In this document: piece after piece, positions 18,391 to 28,590 of the stretch
Layout of the letters: each line of letters begins with the position of its first letter
How positions within the stretch are numbered: the stretch's first letter is position 1
Assembly (NCBI GenBank): GCA_963708025.1
Contig: CAVPSB010000032.1
Span: 300,105-364,104 of the forward strand
From: an uncultured Candidatus Rokubacteria bacterium
GTDB taxonomy: Bacteria > Methylomirabilota > Methylomirabilia > Rokubacteriales > DASRDR01
Reading direction: 5' to 3'
DNA: 64,000 nucleotides
Program-made: the position numbers and the translations under genes
The notes under the pieces: model-generated
Told to the model about the DNA's origin: nothing
The model's database searches: none
What the model saw: the letters and a program-made list of their open reading frames with translations, nothing else

Positions 18391-20753
18391 GGGACCCCTC
18401 CGCCGGCCCCCGCCTCGCGGGCGGCCTCGATCAGCCCCAGCACCGGCGACGGGCCGAGCGGGGCCCGGGTGACGCGAACCCCGAAGGGCCGGAGGGCGTC
18501 CTCCACCGCGTTGGCGATGGCCGCCGGCGGCGAGATGGCCCCACCCTCGCCGACGCCCTTGATGCCGAGGGGGTTGCGGGGCGACGGGAACTCGAGGTGG
18601 ACGGTCTCGATCGGCGGCAGCTCCATCGCCGTCGGGACGAGGTAGTCCATGAAGGTCCCGGTGAGGAGCTGGCCCTGCTCGTCGTAGACCATCTCCTCCA
18701 GGAGCCCGCCGCCCACGCCCTGGGCGACGCCGCCGTGGATCTGTCCCTCGACGATCATCGGGTTGATCAGACGGCCGCAGTCGTGGGCGACCACGTAGCG
18801 CAGGAGGCGGACGGCGCCGGTGCCCGCGTCGACCTCGACGACGGCGACGTGCACCGCGCTCGTGTACGTGACGGTGGGCTGGTGGTGATAGACCGTCGCC
18901 TCGAAGTCGGGCGAGACCGCGCCGGGCCGGGCGAAGGTCGGCAGCGACCCCTGGATCACGCGCGCCAGCGGGAGCGCCGCGCCGGGGGCGCCCCGCACCG
19001 AGGCCACGCCGTCGGCGATCTCGATGTCGGCGGGCGCGGCTTCCAGGAGCGCGGCCGCCGCGGCCGCCAGCTTCTCCCGCACCCGGGTGGCGGCGACGTG
19101 GATCGAGCTGCCGGCGTTGACCGCGCTCCGGCTGGCGAAGGTGCCCACCCCGAACGGGATCGCCGCGGTGTCGCCGCCCACCACGGTGACCCAGTCGAGC
19201 GGGATCCCCAGCGCGTCGGCGGCGACCTGCGCGAAGGAGGTCTCGTGCCCCTGCCCCTGGCTGGCGGCCCCGGTGGCCACCACCGCCCGGCCGGAGGCGT
19301 CCATCCTCACCGTCGCCCCCTCGTAGGGGCCGATGGCCGTGCCCTCGACGTAGCCCGAGATCCCGATGCCGCGATAGATCCCCCGCGCCCACAGCTCGGC
19401 CTGCTCGCGGCGGCGCGCGTCGTAGTCGACGGCCGCCAGCGCCGCCTCGAGGTCGGCCCGGAAGTCACCGCTGTCGTAGACGAGCCGGTTGCCGTCGCGA
19501 TAGGGGATGTCCAGCTCGTAGGGCAGGTCGGCCGCGGTCAGGTAGTTCCTCCGCCGGAGCTCGGCGGGGTCCAGGCCGAGCTCGCGGGCCAGGCAGTCGA
19601 CGATCCGGTCCATGGCGAAGACCGTCTCGGGGCGGCCGGCGCCCCGGTAGGGCGCACTCGGGGTCTTGTTGGTGACGACGCCCCGGCACTCCACGGCGAA
19701 GTGAGGGATCCGGTGCGGCCCCAGGAGATGCGCCACCGTGTTGTAGGGCAGCACGATGCCCCACGTGTTGTAGGCGCCGAGGTCCACCCAGATCCGGTCG
19801 CGCACCGCGAGCATGGTCCCGTCCCGGCGGGCCGCGATGGCGATGTCGTGGACCTGGTGCCGCGCGTGCGCCGCGGCCATCATGTGCTCGCGCCGGTCCT
19901 CCGTCCACTTCACCGGCCGCCGGCACACGATCGCCGCCACCGGGACCAGGAGGTCCTCCGGGTACCCGTTGGCCTTGGTGCCGAAGCCCCCGCCCACGTC
20001 GGGGGCGATGACCCGGATCTTGTGAGGTGGCAGCCCGAGCGCGCTCACGAGCCCCTGCTGGACGAAGTGGACCACCTGGGTCGCGTTCCAGGTGGTGAGG
20101 CTCCCATCGCCGGGGTCCCAGCGGGCCACCACCCCCCGGGTCTCGATCGGCATGCCCACGTAGCGCTGGACGTGGAAGCGCTCCTGGACCCGCACGTCGG
20201 CCTCGCGGAACGCGGCCTCGACGTCACCGAAGCCGGTCGCGAAGTGCACGGCCACGTTGTCGCCCCACTCGGCGTGGATCAGGGGACTCCCCGCCTCGCA
20301 CGCCGCCAGCATGTCCACGACCGGCGGCAGCGGCTCGTACTCCACCTCGACGAGATCGCCGGCGTCCTCGGCCACCGCTCGGCTCTCCGCCACCACCATG
20401 GCCACGATCTCACCCACGTAGCGGACGACGTCCTTGCCGAGGGCGAGCTGGGAGACCTGCTTCATCCGGACGTCCACGCGGGCGCCGAGCCCGGGGGGGA
20501 TCGCGCCAAAAAGCGGGAGGGGCTTCATCCAGCGCGCCAGGTCGTCGAAGGTGAAGACGCGGACGACGCCCGGTAGGGCGGCCGCGACCCCGGCGCGGAT
20601 CGTCCGGATCCGGGCGTGGGCGTGGGGGCTCCGGACGAAGGCCGCGTGGAGCAGGCCGGGCAGCTTGATGTCGTCCACGTACCGGCCCTCGCCCCGCAGC
20701 AGACGCGGGTCCTCCTTTCGCACCACCGACGCCCCGAAATACCTGGCCCCCAT
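18387..20753 (-). CDS. Molybdopterin large subunit, xanthine dehydrogenase/form II CoxL-like
   Basis: DVGGGFG, PYRGAGR active-site loop (not AYXCSFR), KGVGEGG. Confidence 0.92.
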   Translation of the reverse strand: MGARYFGASVVRKEDPRLLRGEGRYVDDIKLPGLLHAAFVRSPHAHARIRTIRAGVAAALPGVVRVFTFDDLARWMKPLPLFGAIPPGLGARVDVRMKQVSQLALGKDVVRYVGEIVAMVVAESRAVAEDAGDLVEVEYEPLPPVVDMLAACEAGSPLIHAEWGDNVAVHFATGFGDVEAAFREADVRVQERFHVQRYVGMPIETRGVVARWDPGDGSLTTWNATQVVHFVQQGLVSALGLPPHKIRVIAPDVGGGFGTKANGYPEDLLVPVAAIVCRRPVKWTEDRREHMMAAAHARHQVHDIAIAARRDGTMLAVRDRIWVDLGAYNTWGIVLPYNTVAHLLGPHRIPHFAVECRGVVTNKTPSAPYRGAGRPETVFAMDRIVDCLARELGLDPAELRRRNYLTAADLPYELDIPYRDGNRLVYDSGDFRADLEAALAAVDYDARRREQAELWARGIYRGIGISGYVEGTAIGPYEGATVRMDASGRAVVATGAASQGQGHETSFAQVAADALGIPLDWVTVVGGDTAAIPFGVGTFASRSAVNAGSSIHVAATRVREKLAAAAAALLEAAPADIEIADGVASVRGAPGAALPLARVIQGSLPTFARPGAVSPDFEATVYHHQPTVTYTSAVHVAVVEVDAGTGAVRLLRYVVAHDCGRLINPMIVEGQIHGGVAQGVGGGLLEEMVYDEQGQLLTGTFMDYLVPTAMELPPIETVHLEFPSPRNPLGIKGVGEGGAISPPAAIANAVEDALRPFGVRVTRAPLGPSPVLGLIEAAREAGAGGGVP

Positions 20754-20756
20754 CGC

Positions 20757-21461
20757 TCAGCCGCCGAGGTAGGCCCGCTTGACGTGCTCGTTCTCGAGCA
20801 GATCCGGCGCCGGGCCCTCGAGCGTGATGCGACCGGTTTCCATGACGTAGGCGCGGGTCGCCATCCGGAGGGCCAGGAACGCGTTCTGCTCCACCATGAA
20901 CACCGTCGTACCGTCCTTCCGGATCTCGGCGATGATGCCGAACGTCGCCTCCACCACCGCCGGCGCCAGCCCCAGGGACGGCTCGTCGAAGAGGATCAGC
21001 CGGGGTCGCGCCATGAGGACCCGGCCGATGGCGAGCATCTGCTGCTCGCCACCGGAGAGCGTGCCCGCCGCCTGGCGGCGCCGCTCGGCCAGGATCGGGA
21101 AGTGCGCGAGGACCCGCTCGAGGTCGGCGGCCACGCCCCGCGCGTCGGTCCGGACGTAGGCGCCCATCGCCAGGTTCTCCCGCACGGTCAGGTGGGGGAA
21201 GACGCGGCGGCCCTCGGGGCAGTGGGCGATCCCGCGCCGCAGGATCTCCTGGGGCGACAGGCCCTGGATCTCCCGCCCCTCGAAGACGATGCGCCCGGCG
21301 GTGGGGCGCAGGAGACCCGAGATCGTCTTGAGCGTCGTCGTCTTCCCCGCTCCGTTGGCCCCGACGAGGCACACGAGGTCGCCCCGGCCGACCTCGATGG
21401 TCACGCGGGTGAGGACCCCGAGCCGGCCGTAGCCGGCCGAGACCGCCTCAAGCCGCAGCAT
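20757..21461 (-). CDS. livF: Branched-chain amino acid-type ABC ATPase
   Basis: GANGAGKT, LSGGEQQM, DEPSLGL. Confidence 0.9.
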   Translation of the reverse strand: MLRLEAVSAGYGRLGVLTRVTIEVGRGDLVCLVGANGAGKTTTLKTISGLLRPTAGRIVFEGREIQGLSPQEILRRGIAHCPEGRRVFPHLTVRENLAMGAYVRTDARGVAADLERVLAHFPILAERRRQAAGTLSGGEQQMLAIGRVLMARPRLILFDEPSLGLAPAVVEATFGIIAEIRKDGTTVFMVEQNAFLALRMATRAYVMETGRITLEGPAPDLLENEHVKRAYLGG

Positions 21462-22215
21462 GGCCGGCGCCGAGATAGGCGCGGATGACGTCGGGGTCCC
21501 GCTGCACCGCCGCCGGCGGCCCGTCGGCGATGAGCCGGCCGTGGTTCAGGACCAGCACCCGGTCCGAGATGCCCATGACCAGACGCATGTCGTGCTCGAC
21601 GACGAGGACGGTGACGCCCCCGTCGGCGATCCGGCGGACGAGCGCGGCCACCGCGGCCTTCTCGGAGAGCGTCATGCCCGAGGCCGGCTCGTCGAGCAAG
21701 AGGAGCTTCGGCCCGGCGGCCAGCGCCACCGCCAGCTCGACCCGGCGCTGGTCGCCGAAGGAGAGGTCGCCCGCGACCTCGTTCCGCTTGGCGCCGAGCC
21801 CCACCGTCTCGAGCAGCGCCGCCGCCGCCTCCCGCAGCCGCCGCTCCTCGTCCCGGACCCGGGTCCGGGCGAGCAGCGCCGCCGCGAGGCCGGTGCGGCC
21901 GCGGAGATGGAGCCCGGTGAGGACGTTCTCCACCACGGTGAGCGCGGGGAAGACGCTCGTCTTCTGGAACGTCCGCACCAGGCCCAGCGCCGCGATCCGG
22001 CAGGGGCGCCAGCGCGTGATCGGCGTGCCCCCCCAGAGGACTCGCCCGGCGGTCGGCGACTGGAAGCCGGTGATCACGTTGAAGGCGGTGGTCTTCCCGG
22101 CCCCGTTCGGCCCGATCAGGCTGGTGATCCCGCCCGGCCGGACGGCGAAGCTGACGCCGGCCAGGGCGGCCACGCCGCCGAAGCGGACGGTGACGTCCTC
22201 GACGTCGAGGCTCAC
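21448..22215 (-). CDS. livG: Branched-chain amino acid-type ABC ATPase
   Basis: RFGGV.AL, GPNGAGKTT, LLLDEP, VEHDM. Confidence 0.9.
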   Translation of the reverse strand: MSLDVEDVTVRFGGVAALAGVSFAVRPGGITSLIGPNGAGKTTAFNVITGFQSPTAGRVLWGGTPITRWRPCRIAALGLVRTFQKTSVFPALTVVENVLTGLHLRGRTGLAAALLARTRVRDEERRLREAAAALLETVGLGAKRNEVAGDLSFGDQRRVELAVALAAGPKLLLLDEPASGMTLSEKAAVAALVRRIADGGVTVLVVEHDMRLVMGISDRVLVLNHGRLIADGPPAAVQRDPDVIRAYLGAGHAAA

Positions 22216-23180
22216 GCGGCCCCCGGGCCCGGGCGCCGGCGGGCGGCCCACCGATCGGCCAGCTCGGGCACGATGCCGCGCGGCAGGAAGAAGAGCGTGG
22301 CGATCAGGAGTATCCCGTACAGCAGCATCTGCCACTGCCACGAGGTGACGGCCCGCAGCGCTTCCGGCAGCACGGTGAAGGCCACCGCGCCGACGATGGG
22401 GCCGGCCAGCGTGCCCTTCCCGCCGGCCACCACCATGATCACCATGGTGACGGTGTACGTGAAGAGGAAGACCTCCGGGCTCACGAAGCGGGTGTAGTGC
22501 GCGTACAGCCCGCCGCCGGCGCCGGCCATGCCGGCGCTGATGACCGCCGCCAGCACCAGGTAGTGGGTTCCGTCGATCCCCACCGACTCGGCGAGAGCCT
22601 CGTTCTCGCGGAGGGCGACCAGCGCCCGTCCCGGACGCGAGTGGACGAGGCGGCGGCAGGCGCCGTAGCACAGGATCACCGTGACGAGGACCAGGTAATA
22701 GTAGGCGCCCTTGGAGCGGAGCGACACCGCCCCCAGCCCGGGCAGGGCGAGCTCCACCGGCGGGATCCCCGGCAGGCCGAGGGGCCCGTTGGTCAGGTCC
22801 ATCCAGTTCACGCTCACCAGCGACACGACGCCCGCGAAGCTGATGGTCAGCAGGACGAAGTAGGCGCCGCGCAGCTTGAGGGCGAGCCGGCCGATGGCGA
22901 AGCCGGCCAGGGCCGGCAGGAGGATCGCCGCCAGGAGCCCGAGCCACGGCGAGCACTCGAGCCTGAGCGTGAGGAGGGCACTGGCGTAGGCCCCGATGCC
23001 GAAGAAGGCCGCGTGGCCCAGGGAGAGCTGGCCCGTGTAGCCGAGGAGGAGGTTCAGGCTCAAGGCCAGGACGGCGAAGATCCCGGCCATGATGAGCGTG
23101 TGGAGGTGGTAGGGGTTCCAGACCCAGAGCGGCGCGGTGCCGGCCACGCCCAGCACGGCCACGGGCCCGATCCACCTCAT
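22212..23180 (-). CDS. livM: Branched-chain amino acid-type ABC permease
   Basis: GYTGQLSLGHAAFFGIGAY. Confidence 0.9.
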   Translation of the reverse strand: MRWIGPVAVLGVAGTAPLWVWNPYHLHTLIMAGIFAVLALSLNLLLGYTGQLSLGHAAFFGIGAYASALLTLRLECSPWLGLLAAILLPALAGFAIGRLALKLRGAYFVLLTISFAGVVSLVSVNWMDLTNGPLGLPGIPPVELALPGLGAVSLRSKGAYYYLVLVTVILCYGACRRLVHSRPGRALVALRENEALAESVGIDGTHYLVLAAVISAGMAGAGGGLYAHYTRFVSPEVFLFTYTVTMVIMVVAGGKGTLAGPIVGAVAFTVLPEALRAVTSWQWQMLLYGILLIATLFFLPRGIVPELADRWAARRRPGPGAA

Positions 23181-24049
23181 CCGACGCGAGCCGCCCGCGC
23201 GAACAGGCCGGAGGGCCGGACCAGCAGCATGGCCACGATGATGACGAACCCGACGGCGTCCCGGTAGCCGGAGGAGACGTAGCCGGCCCCCAGCTCCTCG
23301 GCGATCCCCAGGAGGAGCCCGCCGGCGGCGGCGCCCGCGAAGTTGCCGAGCCCCCCCAGGATCACGACCGAGAAGGCCTTGAGCGCGGCCAGGTCACCCA
23401 TCGACGGGTTGACGAGGAACACCGGACCCAGGAGCGCCCCGGCCGCCGCCGCCAGGCCGGCGCCGAGAGCGAAGGTGAGGGTGTGGATGCGCTCGACGCT
23501 CACCCCCATCAGCGCGGCGGTCTCGCGGTCCTGGAACGTGGCCCGCATGGCCGTGCCGAGCTTGGTCCGCGCGAGGAGGAGGTGGGCGCCCACGATCAGG
23601 AGCGCCGACATGGCGAAGACGAACAGGCGGAGCGGCGCCACGGAGACCGGGCCGATCACGATGGGATCGGTGGCAAACGGGGTGGGGACGCTCTTGGCCA
23701 CCCCGCCCCAGACCAGGAGCTCCGCGTTCTGGAGGGCGATCCAGAGGCCGATCATGACCAGCATGGTGGTGTCGATGGAGGCGGCGCCGAGCGGCCGGAG
23801 CAGCAGCCGCTCGCACGCCGCGCCCACCAGCATCCCGGCCACGAGCGCCAGCGGGATGGCGAGGGCGAAGGGCACGGACGCCAGGTCGAGCGCCGCGAAC
23901 GTGGCGTAGGCCCCGAGCGTGTAGAACTCCCCGTGGGCGAAGTTCACCACGTTCATCAGGCCGAAGACCAGGGTGAGGCCGATCCCGAGCAAGCTGTACG
24001 TGCTCCCCAGCAGGAGCCCGTTCAGCAGGTGCTGGAGAAGCGCCTCCAC
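23177..24049 (-). CDS. livH: Branched-chain amino acid-type ABC permease
   Basis: GLTLVFGLMNVVNFAHGEF, VILGGLG. Confidence 0.9.
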   Translation of the reverse strand: MEALLQHLLNGLLLGSTYSLLGIGLTLVFGLMNVVNFAHGEFYTLGAYATFAALDLASVPFALAIPLALVAGMLVGAACERLLLRPLGAASIDTTMLVMIGLWIALQNAELLVWGGVAKSVPTPFATDPIVIGPVSVAPLRLFVFAMSALLIVGAHLLLARTKLGTAMRATFQDRETAALMGVSVERIHTLTFALGAGLAAAAGALLGPVFLVNPSMGDLAALKAFSVVILGGLGNFAGAAAGGLLLGIAEELGAGYVSSGYRDAVGFVIIVAMLLVRPSGLFARAARVG

Positions 24050-24076
24050 CCTGACCGTCGTGGGGACGTCGCGCGG

Positions 24077-25264
24077 CTACTTCTTCGCGAGGAACGCCGG
24101 CAGCGCGATCTTGCCGTCCTTGATCTGGACGATGAAGATGCTCGGGCGGCTCTGGCCGCTCTCCTTGCCGGCCGGCCCGTCCTTCTCGAACTGGATCGGG
24201 CCGTTGACGCCCATGACGTTCACCTTCCACAGCGCGTCGCGGACCGCCTTGGGATCCGGCTTGCCGGCGAGCTTGATGGCCTCGGCGGCCGTGAGGATGC
24301 CGTCGTGTCCGCGGAAGCCTTCGGTCAGGCCTTCGAACGGATGGCCGCGCTTGCCCCACTCGTCCACGAAGGCCTTGGCCAGCCGGCCATCGGGCATCGC
24401 CTCCGGGAACCACGGCAGGAAGAACAGGATGTGGTAGGTCCCTTCGGCGGCGGCGCCCGCCTGCTTGATGAGCTGGCTGGGGGACGAGCTGCCGCCGGTG
24501 GTGATGATCCGGCGCGTCAGGCGCTGCTCCTGGGCCTGCTTGAGGACCAGGGTGATCTGCTCGACGCTGGTCGTCACGAACAGCGTGTCGCTACCGCCCG
24601 CCTTGATCTTGGTGATCTGGGCGTTCATGTCGGTGGCCGCCTGATCCATGAACTCGGTGGCGCTGAGCGTCGCGCCGGAGCGCTTGAGCAGGTCCCCGAA
24701 GGCGCTGACGGCGCCACGGCCCCAGTCGGTGTTGACGGCGAGGAAGTCCGCCTGCTTGATGGCCAGGTCCTTCACGTACTTCTCGAGGCCGAGCGCCTCC
24801 ATCTCCGAGGGGGGGCTGATCCGGAAGACCCACGGGTTGCCGCGCTTGGTGATGCTGGCCGCGCTCGAGGTCTCCACGATCATCGGCACCCCGTACTCCT
24901 CGAGCTTCGGCATCGCCGCCAGCGTCATCGAGCTGCCCCAGGCCCCCATGATCACCGGCACCCGGTCACGGACGATCAGCTTCTCGGCGGCGGTGGCGGC
25001 CTCCTTGGGATCGGACTTGTTGTCCTCGATCAGGAGCTGGACCGACCGGCCCAGCACGCCCCCCCGACCGTTGATCCAGTCCCGTCCGATCTCCGCCCCC
25101 ATCCGCACGTAGCTGCCGGAGGCCGCCACCGGGCCGGACAGCGGCTGGATCACCCCGATCTTGATCGGCTCGCCTGTCTGGGCGACGGCGGCGAGCGTGC
25201 CGAGGCCGGCCAGGAACACCACGGCCAGAGCGACTGCCTGGATACGCCGCACGGTGTGTCTCAT
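24077..25264 (-). CDS. Branched-chain amino acid-type ABC substrate-binding protein
   Basis: Signal peptide; IKIGVIQPLSG, INGRGGVLGR, EDNKSDP. Confidence 0.9.
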   Translation of the reverse strand: MRHTVRRIQAVALAVVFLAGLGTLAAVAQTGEPIKIGVIQPLSGPVAASGSYVRMGAEIGRDWINGRGGVLGRSVQLLIEDNKSDPKEAATAAEKLIVRDRVPVIMGAWGSSMTLAAMPKLEEYGVPMIVETSSAASITKRGNPWVFRISPPSEMEALGLEKYVKDLAIKQADFLAVNTDWGRGAVSAFGDLLKRSGATLSATEFMDQAATDMNAQITKIKAGGSDTLFVTTSVEQITLVLKQAQEQRLTRRIITTGGSSSPSQLIKQAGAAAEGTYHILFFLPWFPEAMPDGRLAKAFVDEWGKRGHPFEGLTEGFRGHDGILTAAEAIKLAGKPDPKAVRDALWKVNVMGVNGPIQFEKDGPAGKESGQSRPSIFIVQIKDGKIALPAFLAKK

Positions 25265-25366
25265 CGGGGACCTCCCTGAGGACGGGCTGAGAAGTGAGGG
25301 CCTGTCTCCGGACCTCGACGCGATCAGACGGGGACTCAGCGTGCCCGATCCGCGCTTGCGACCGGC

Positions 25367-25437
25367 ATCATCCCGTGTTTCATTTCTCGTGTCAACGGAG
25401 AAACGAATTGACACCTCCCGAGTCCTTCGGCTAACGT
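25367..25437. promoter_or_regulatory. Back-to-back sigma70-type promoters with an overlapping palindromic operator candidate
   Basis: + TTGACA(25408)-18nt-TAACGT; - TTGACA(25395)-17nt-GATGAT; inverted repeat TTTCTC-N9-GAGAAA at 25383-25403. Confidence 0.55.
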
Positions 25438-25568
25438 CAACGGCCGATGACGCCGTCCCCGCTCGTCGCTCCGATCGTCCACGAAGGTCTCGGTGATCGA
25501 ACGGTCTCCCGCCGGCACGCCGCGCGGGTTCTGGAGGACGCGCTGACGGCGGTGCGGGCGGCCGCGTC

Positions 25569-26609
25569 ATGAGCTGGACCCGCTACGCCGCCGCGCTCGA
25601 CTCCATCGCCCGGGCGGTGGGCCACACCCCCCTGGTGCGCCTCAATCGGATCACCGCCGGGCTCGCCACCGCGATCTACGTGAAGGTGGAGTGGTACGGC
25701 GCGACGGGGAGCCTCAAGGACCGCATCTACCTCCACATGTTCGAGCGGGCCGAGCAGCGAGGCGACCTGCGCCCCGGCATGCACGTCCTCGAGTGCTCGA
25801 CGGGCAACGCGGGCATCGCCTGCGCCTGGGTGTCCGCCGTCAAGGGCTATCCCTGCACCATCGTCATGCCGGAGGGGATGAGCGAGGAGCGGAAGAAGAT
25901 CATGCGAGCCTACGGGGCGGAGCTGGTCTTCACCCCCGGCGGGGAGAGCGACGTGGACCTCTCCCTGGCTCGCCTGGCGGAGATCCGCGCCGCCGACCCG
26001 CGCCGCTACTGGGTGCCCGGGCAGTTCGACAACCCGGACAACGTCGAGACCCACCTCACCGCCACCGGGCCCGAGATCTGGGAGCAGATGAACGGGAGGA
26101 TCGGGGCCTTCGTGGACTCGCAGGGAAGCGGCGGCCTCCTCACCGGCGTGGGTCGGTATCTCCGCCAGCGGGACCCCGGCGTCCGGCTCTACGCGGTGGA
26201 GCCGGCCGAGTGCGCGCTGCTCTCGCGCCGCGCGTGGGGTCCCCACGGTATCGAAGGGATCGGCGACGGCTTCGTGCCGGAGAACCTCGACGTCTCGCTG
26301 CTCACCGGCGTGATCACCACGACCACCGCCGAGAGCGTGGACACCGCCCGCGCGCTGGCCCGCCAGGAGGGGATCTTCTGCGGCATCTCCAGCGGCTGCA
26401 ACGTGGCGGCGGCCCTGAAGCTCGCCCGCCGGCACCCCGAGCTGGCCTCGATCGTCACCATCGTGAACGACACCGGGCAACGGTACTTCACCACCCCGCT
26501 CTGCGGGGAGGACAAGCACGTCGACGTCCCCGAGCGCGGCCACCCGCTCGACGCCCGCACGGTCGCCCAGCTCGACCGCTACCAGGCGGGCTGGGAGCTC
26601 ATCGCGTGA
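25569..26609 (+). CDS. PLP-dependent cysteine synthase-family protein
   Basis: VGHTPLV, GSLKDR (PLP Lys), STGNAG, HGIEGIG, GISSG. Confidence 0.9.
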   Translation: MSWTRYAAALDSIARAVGHTPLVRLNRITAGLATAIYVKVEWYGATGSLKDRIYLHMFERAEQRGDLRPGMHVLECSTGNAGIACAWVSAVKGYPCTIVMPEGMSEERKKIMRAYGAELVFTPGGESDVDLSLARLAEIRAADPRRYWVPGQFDNPDNVETHLTATGPEIWEQMNGRIGAFVDSQGSGGLLTGVGRYLRQRDPGVRLYAVEPAECALLSRRAWGPHGIEGIGDGFVPENLDVSLLTGVITTTTAESVDTARALARQEGIFCGISSGCNVAAALKLARRHPELASIVTIVNDTGQRYFTTPLCGEDKHVDVPERGHPLDARTVAQLDRYQAGWELIA

Positions 26610-26645
26610 GGTGGCCGGAGCGGGCCGCGTTCCCGGGATGATCCC

Positions 26646-27608
26646 GTGAGCCCACGCCTGGCCGAGCTGGACTTCCGCGTCGCACGGCAGCGGCTGGAGG
26701 CCAAGCCGAAGTCGGCGGGGCCCAAGCTCGGCCCGCTCGAGGACGCGGTGGCGCGGATCGGCGACGGCGCCCACGTCGCGTTCGGCGGCATCCTCTACTC
26801 GCGGACGCCGCTCGCCCTGATCCGGGCCATGCTGAGGCGGCGCCCGAAGCACCTGACCATCTCGCGCAACCTCATGTGCTACGAGGGGGAGTGGTGCATG
26901 GTCGCCGGCGCGGTCGACCGCGTGGTGACCTCCTGGATGGGCATCGGGCTGCCGTGGGGCCTGTCCCGGATCATGCGCGAGCACGTGGAGTCGGGCCGGG
27001 TCTTCGTCGAGGAGTGGAGCCACCTCGCGCTCGGCCTCCGCTACCGGGCCGCCGCCATGGGCGTGCCCTTCCTGCCGTCGCTCACGATGCTGGGCTCGGA
27101 CCTGATGGCCCTCACGGAGTCGGGCACCGTGACCTGCCCGTACACCGGCGAGACGCTCCACGCGGTGCCGGCGCTCTTCCCCGACGTGGCGCTGATCCAC
27201 GTGCACCGCGCCGACCGCCTCGGCAATTGCCAGATCGACGGCTACCGGCACATGGACGCCGACATCGCGCTGGCCGCCGGCACGGTCCTCGTCACCGCCG
27301 AGGAGATCGTCTCCGAGGAGGAGATCCGGCGCCATCCCGATCGCACCGTGATTCCCGGGTTCGTGGTCGATGCGCTGGCCCACGTACCCTACGGGGCCTA
27401 CCCCCACGAGTGCTACGGTCTCTACGACTCGGAGCCGGATCACTTCAGCGAGTACGTGGCCGCCATCCGGGACGCCGGGTCAGAGGGCGTGGCCCGCTAC
27501 CTCGACCGCTACGTGTACGGCCCCGCCAGCCACGCCGACTACCTCGCCCTGTTCCCCGACGGCCGGCGGGCCGAGGCAGCGACGCGGGCGCGGGAGCTGG
27601 TCTCGTGA
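26646..27608 (+). CDS. Family I CoA-transferase subunit A (GctA-like)
   Basis: RAAAMGVPFLP, PDVALIHV.RAD..GN, VPYGAYP. Confidence 0.88.
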   Translation: MSPRLAELDFRVARQRLEAKPKSAGPKLGPLEDAVARIGDGAHVAFGGILYSRTPLALIRAMLRRRPKHLTISRNLMCYEGEWCMVAGAVDRVVTSWMGIGLPWGLSRIMREHVESGRVFVEEWSHLALGLRYRAAAMGVPFLPSLTMLGSDLMALTESGTVTCPYTGETLHAVPALFPDVALIHVHRADRLGNCQIDGYRHMDADIALAAGTVLVTAEEIVSEEEIRRHPDRTVIPGFVVDALAHVPYGAYPHECYGLYDSEPDHFSEYVAAIRDAGSEGVARYLDRYVYGPASHADYLALFPDGRRAEAATRARELVS

Positions 27609-28378
27609 GCGCGGTGGCGGGGGTCACCCACAACGAGCTGCTGGCGGTCATGGGCGCGCGACAGCTCCGCGACCATCAGACCGTCTTCACCGGGGTGGGC
27701 GCGCCCATGATGGCCTCGGTGCTGGCCCAGCGGCTCCACGCGCCCCGTCTGACCATGGTGATCGAGGGGGGGATCGTGGGTCCCGAGTGGCGGCCCGGCT
27801 GGCTGCCCATCTCGACGAACGAGATGCGGACCGCTTACCGCGCCCAGATGCTCCTGGCGATCACGGACGCCTTCCTCCTGGCCCAGCGGGGCTTCCTCGA
27901 CGTGGGCTTCATCGGCGGCGCCCAGATCGACCGGTTCGGGAACGTCAACAGCAGCTTCATCGGCCCGGTCGCGCGGCCCCGGGTCCGGCTCCCGGGGAGC
28001 GGCGGGGCCAACGACATCGTCTCGCTCTGCCGCGAGGTGATCATCCTGACCGCCCACGAGCCGCGGCGCTTCACGGAGACCGTCGACTTCATCACCAGCC
28101 CCGGCTGGCTCCGGGGCGGCGACTCGCGGCGCCGGAGCGGCCTCCTCTTCGGCGGGGTGACCCGGGTCGTCACCACCCTCGGCATTCTCGGCTTCGACCC
28201 GGCGAGCCGGCGGATGCGCCTGGAGGCCGTCCATCCCGGGGTGACGGTGGAGCAGGTCCGGGCCAGCACCCCCTTCGACCTGCCGGTGGCCGACCACGTG
28301 GACACCACGGCGCCGCCCACCGACCAGGAGCTCGCGATCTTGCGCGAGCTCGACCCCGATCGTCGCTTCATCGGCTAG
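27605..28378 (+). CDS. Family I CoA-transferase subunit B (GctB-like)
   Basis: MVIEGG (catalytic Glu), GGAQIDRFGNVNS, RLPGSGGAND. Confidence 0.9.
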   Translation: MSAVAGVTHNELLAVMGARQLRDHQTVFTGVGAPMMASVLAQRLHAPRLTMVIEGGIVGPEWRPGWLPISTNEMRTAYRAQMLLAITDAFLLAQRGFLDVGFIGGAQIDRFGNVNSSFIGPVARPRVRLPGSGGANDIVSLCREVIILTAHEPRRFTETVDFITSPGWLRGGDSRRRSGLLFGGVTRVVTTLGILGFDPASRRMRLEAVHPGVTVEQVRASTPFDLPVADHVDTTAPPTDQELAILRELDPDRRFIG

Positions 28379-28558
28379 CGGCAGGGGCGATGAGCTTCGC
28401 GATGTTCGACCTCGGCCGGGACGCGCTCGGCCTACGGCCTCGCGTCCGTCCCGACCTATGGTCGTCCTCGGTCGTCGCCGATCCTCGGCGTACTCGGAGT
28501 ACGCCTCCGGTCGGCTCCTCCCTGCGTCCTAGCGCTGCTCGCTCCTCGCCCCTGCCGC
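28378..28558. repeat. Palindromic intergenic element, family A copy 2 (inverted relative to copy 1)
   Basis: Terminal IR GCGGCAGGGGCGATGAGC / GCTCCTCGCCCCTGCCGC; core shared with 725-878. Confidence 0.8.
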
Positions 28559-28590
28559 CGAGACCGTGACTCTCGGTCCGGGAGGATGAT

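Noticed and set aside
18387-20753. Bona fide aerobic CO dehydrogenase (form I)
   Set aside because: The active-site loop is YRGAGR, not AYXCSFR; gene order is L-M-S with no accessory cox genes
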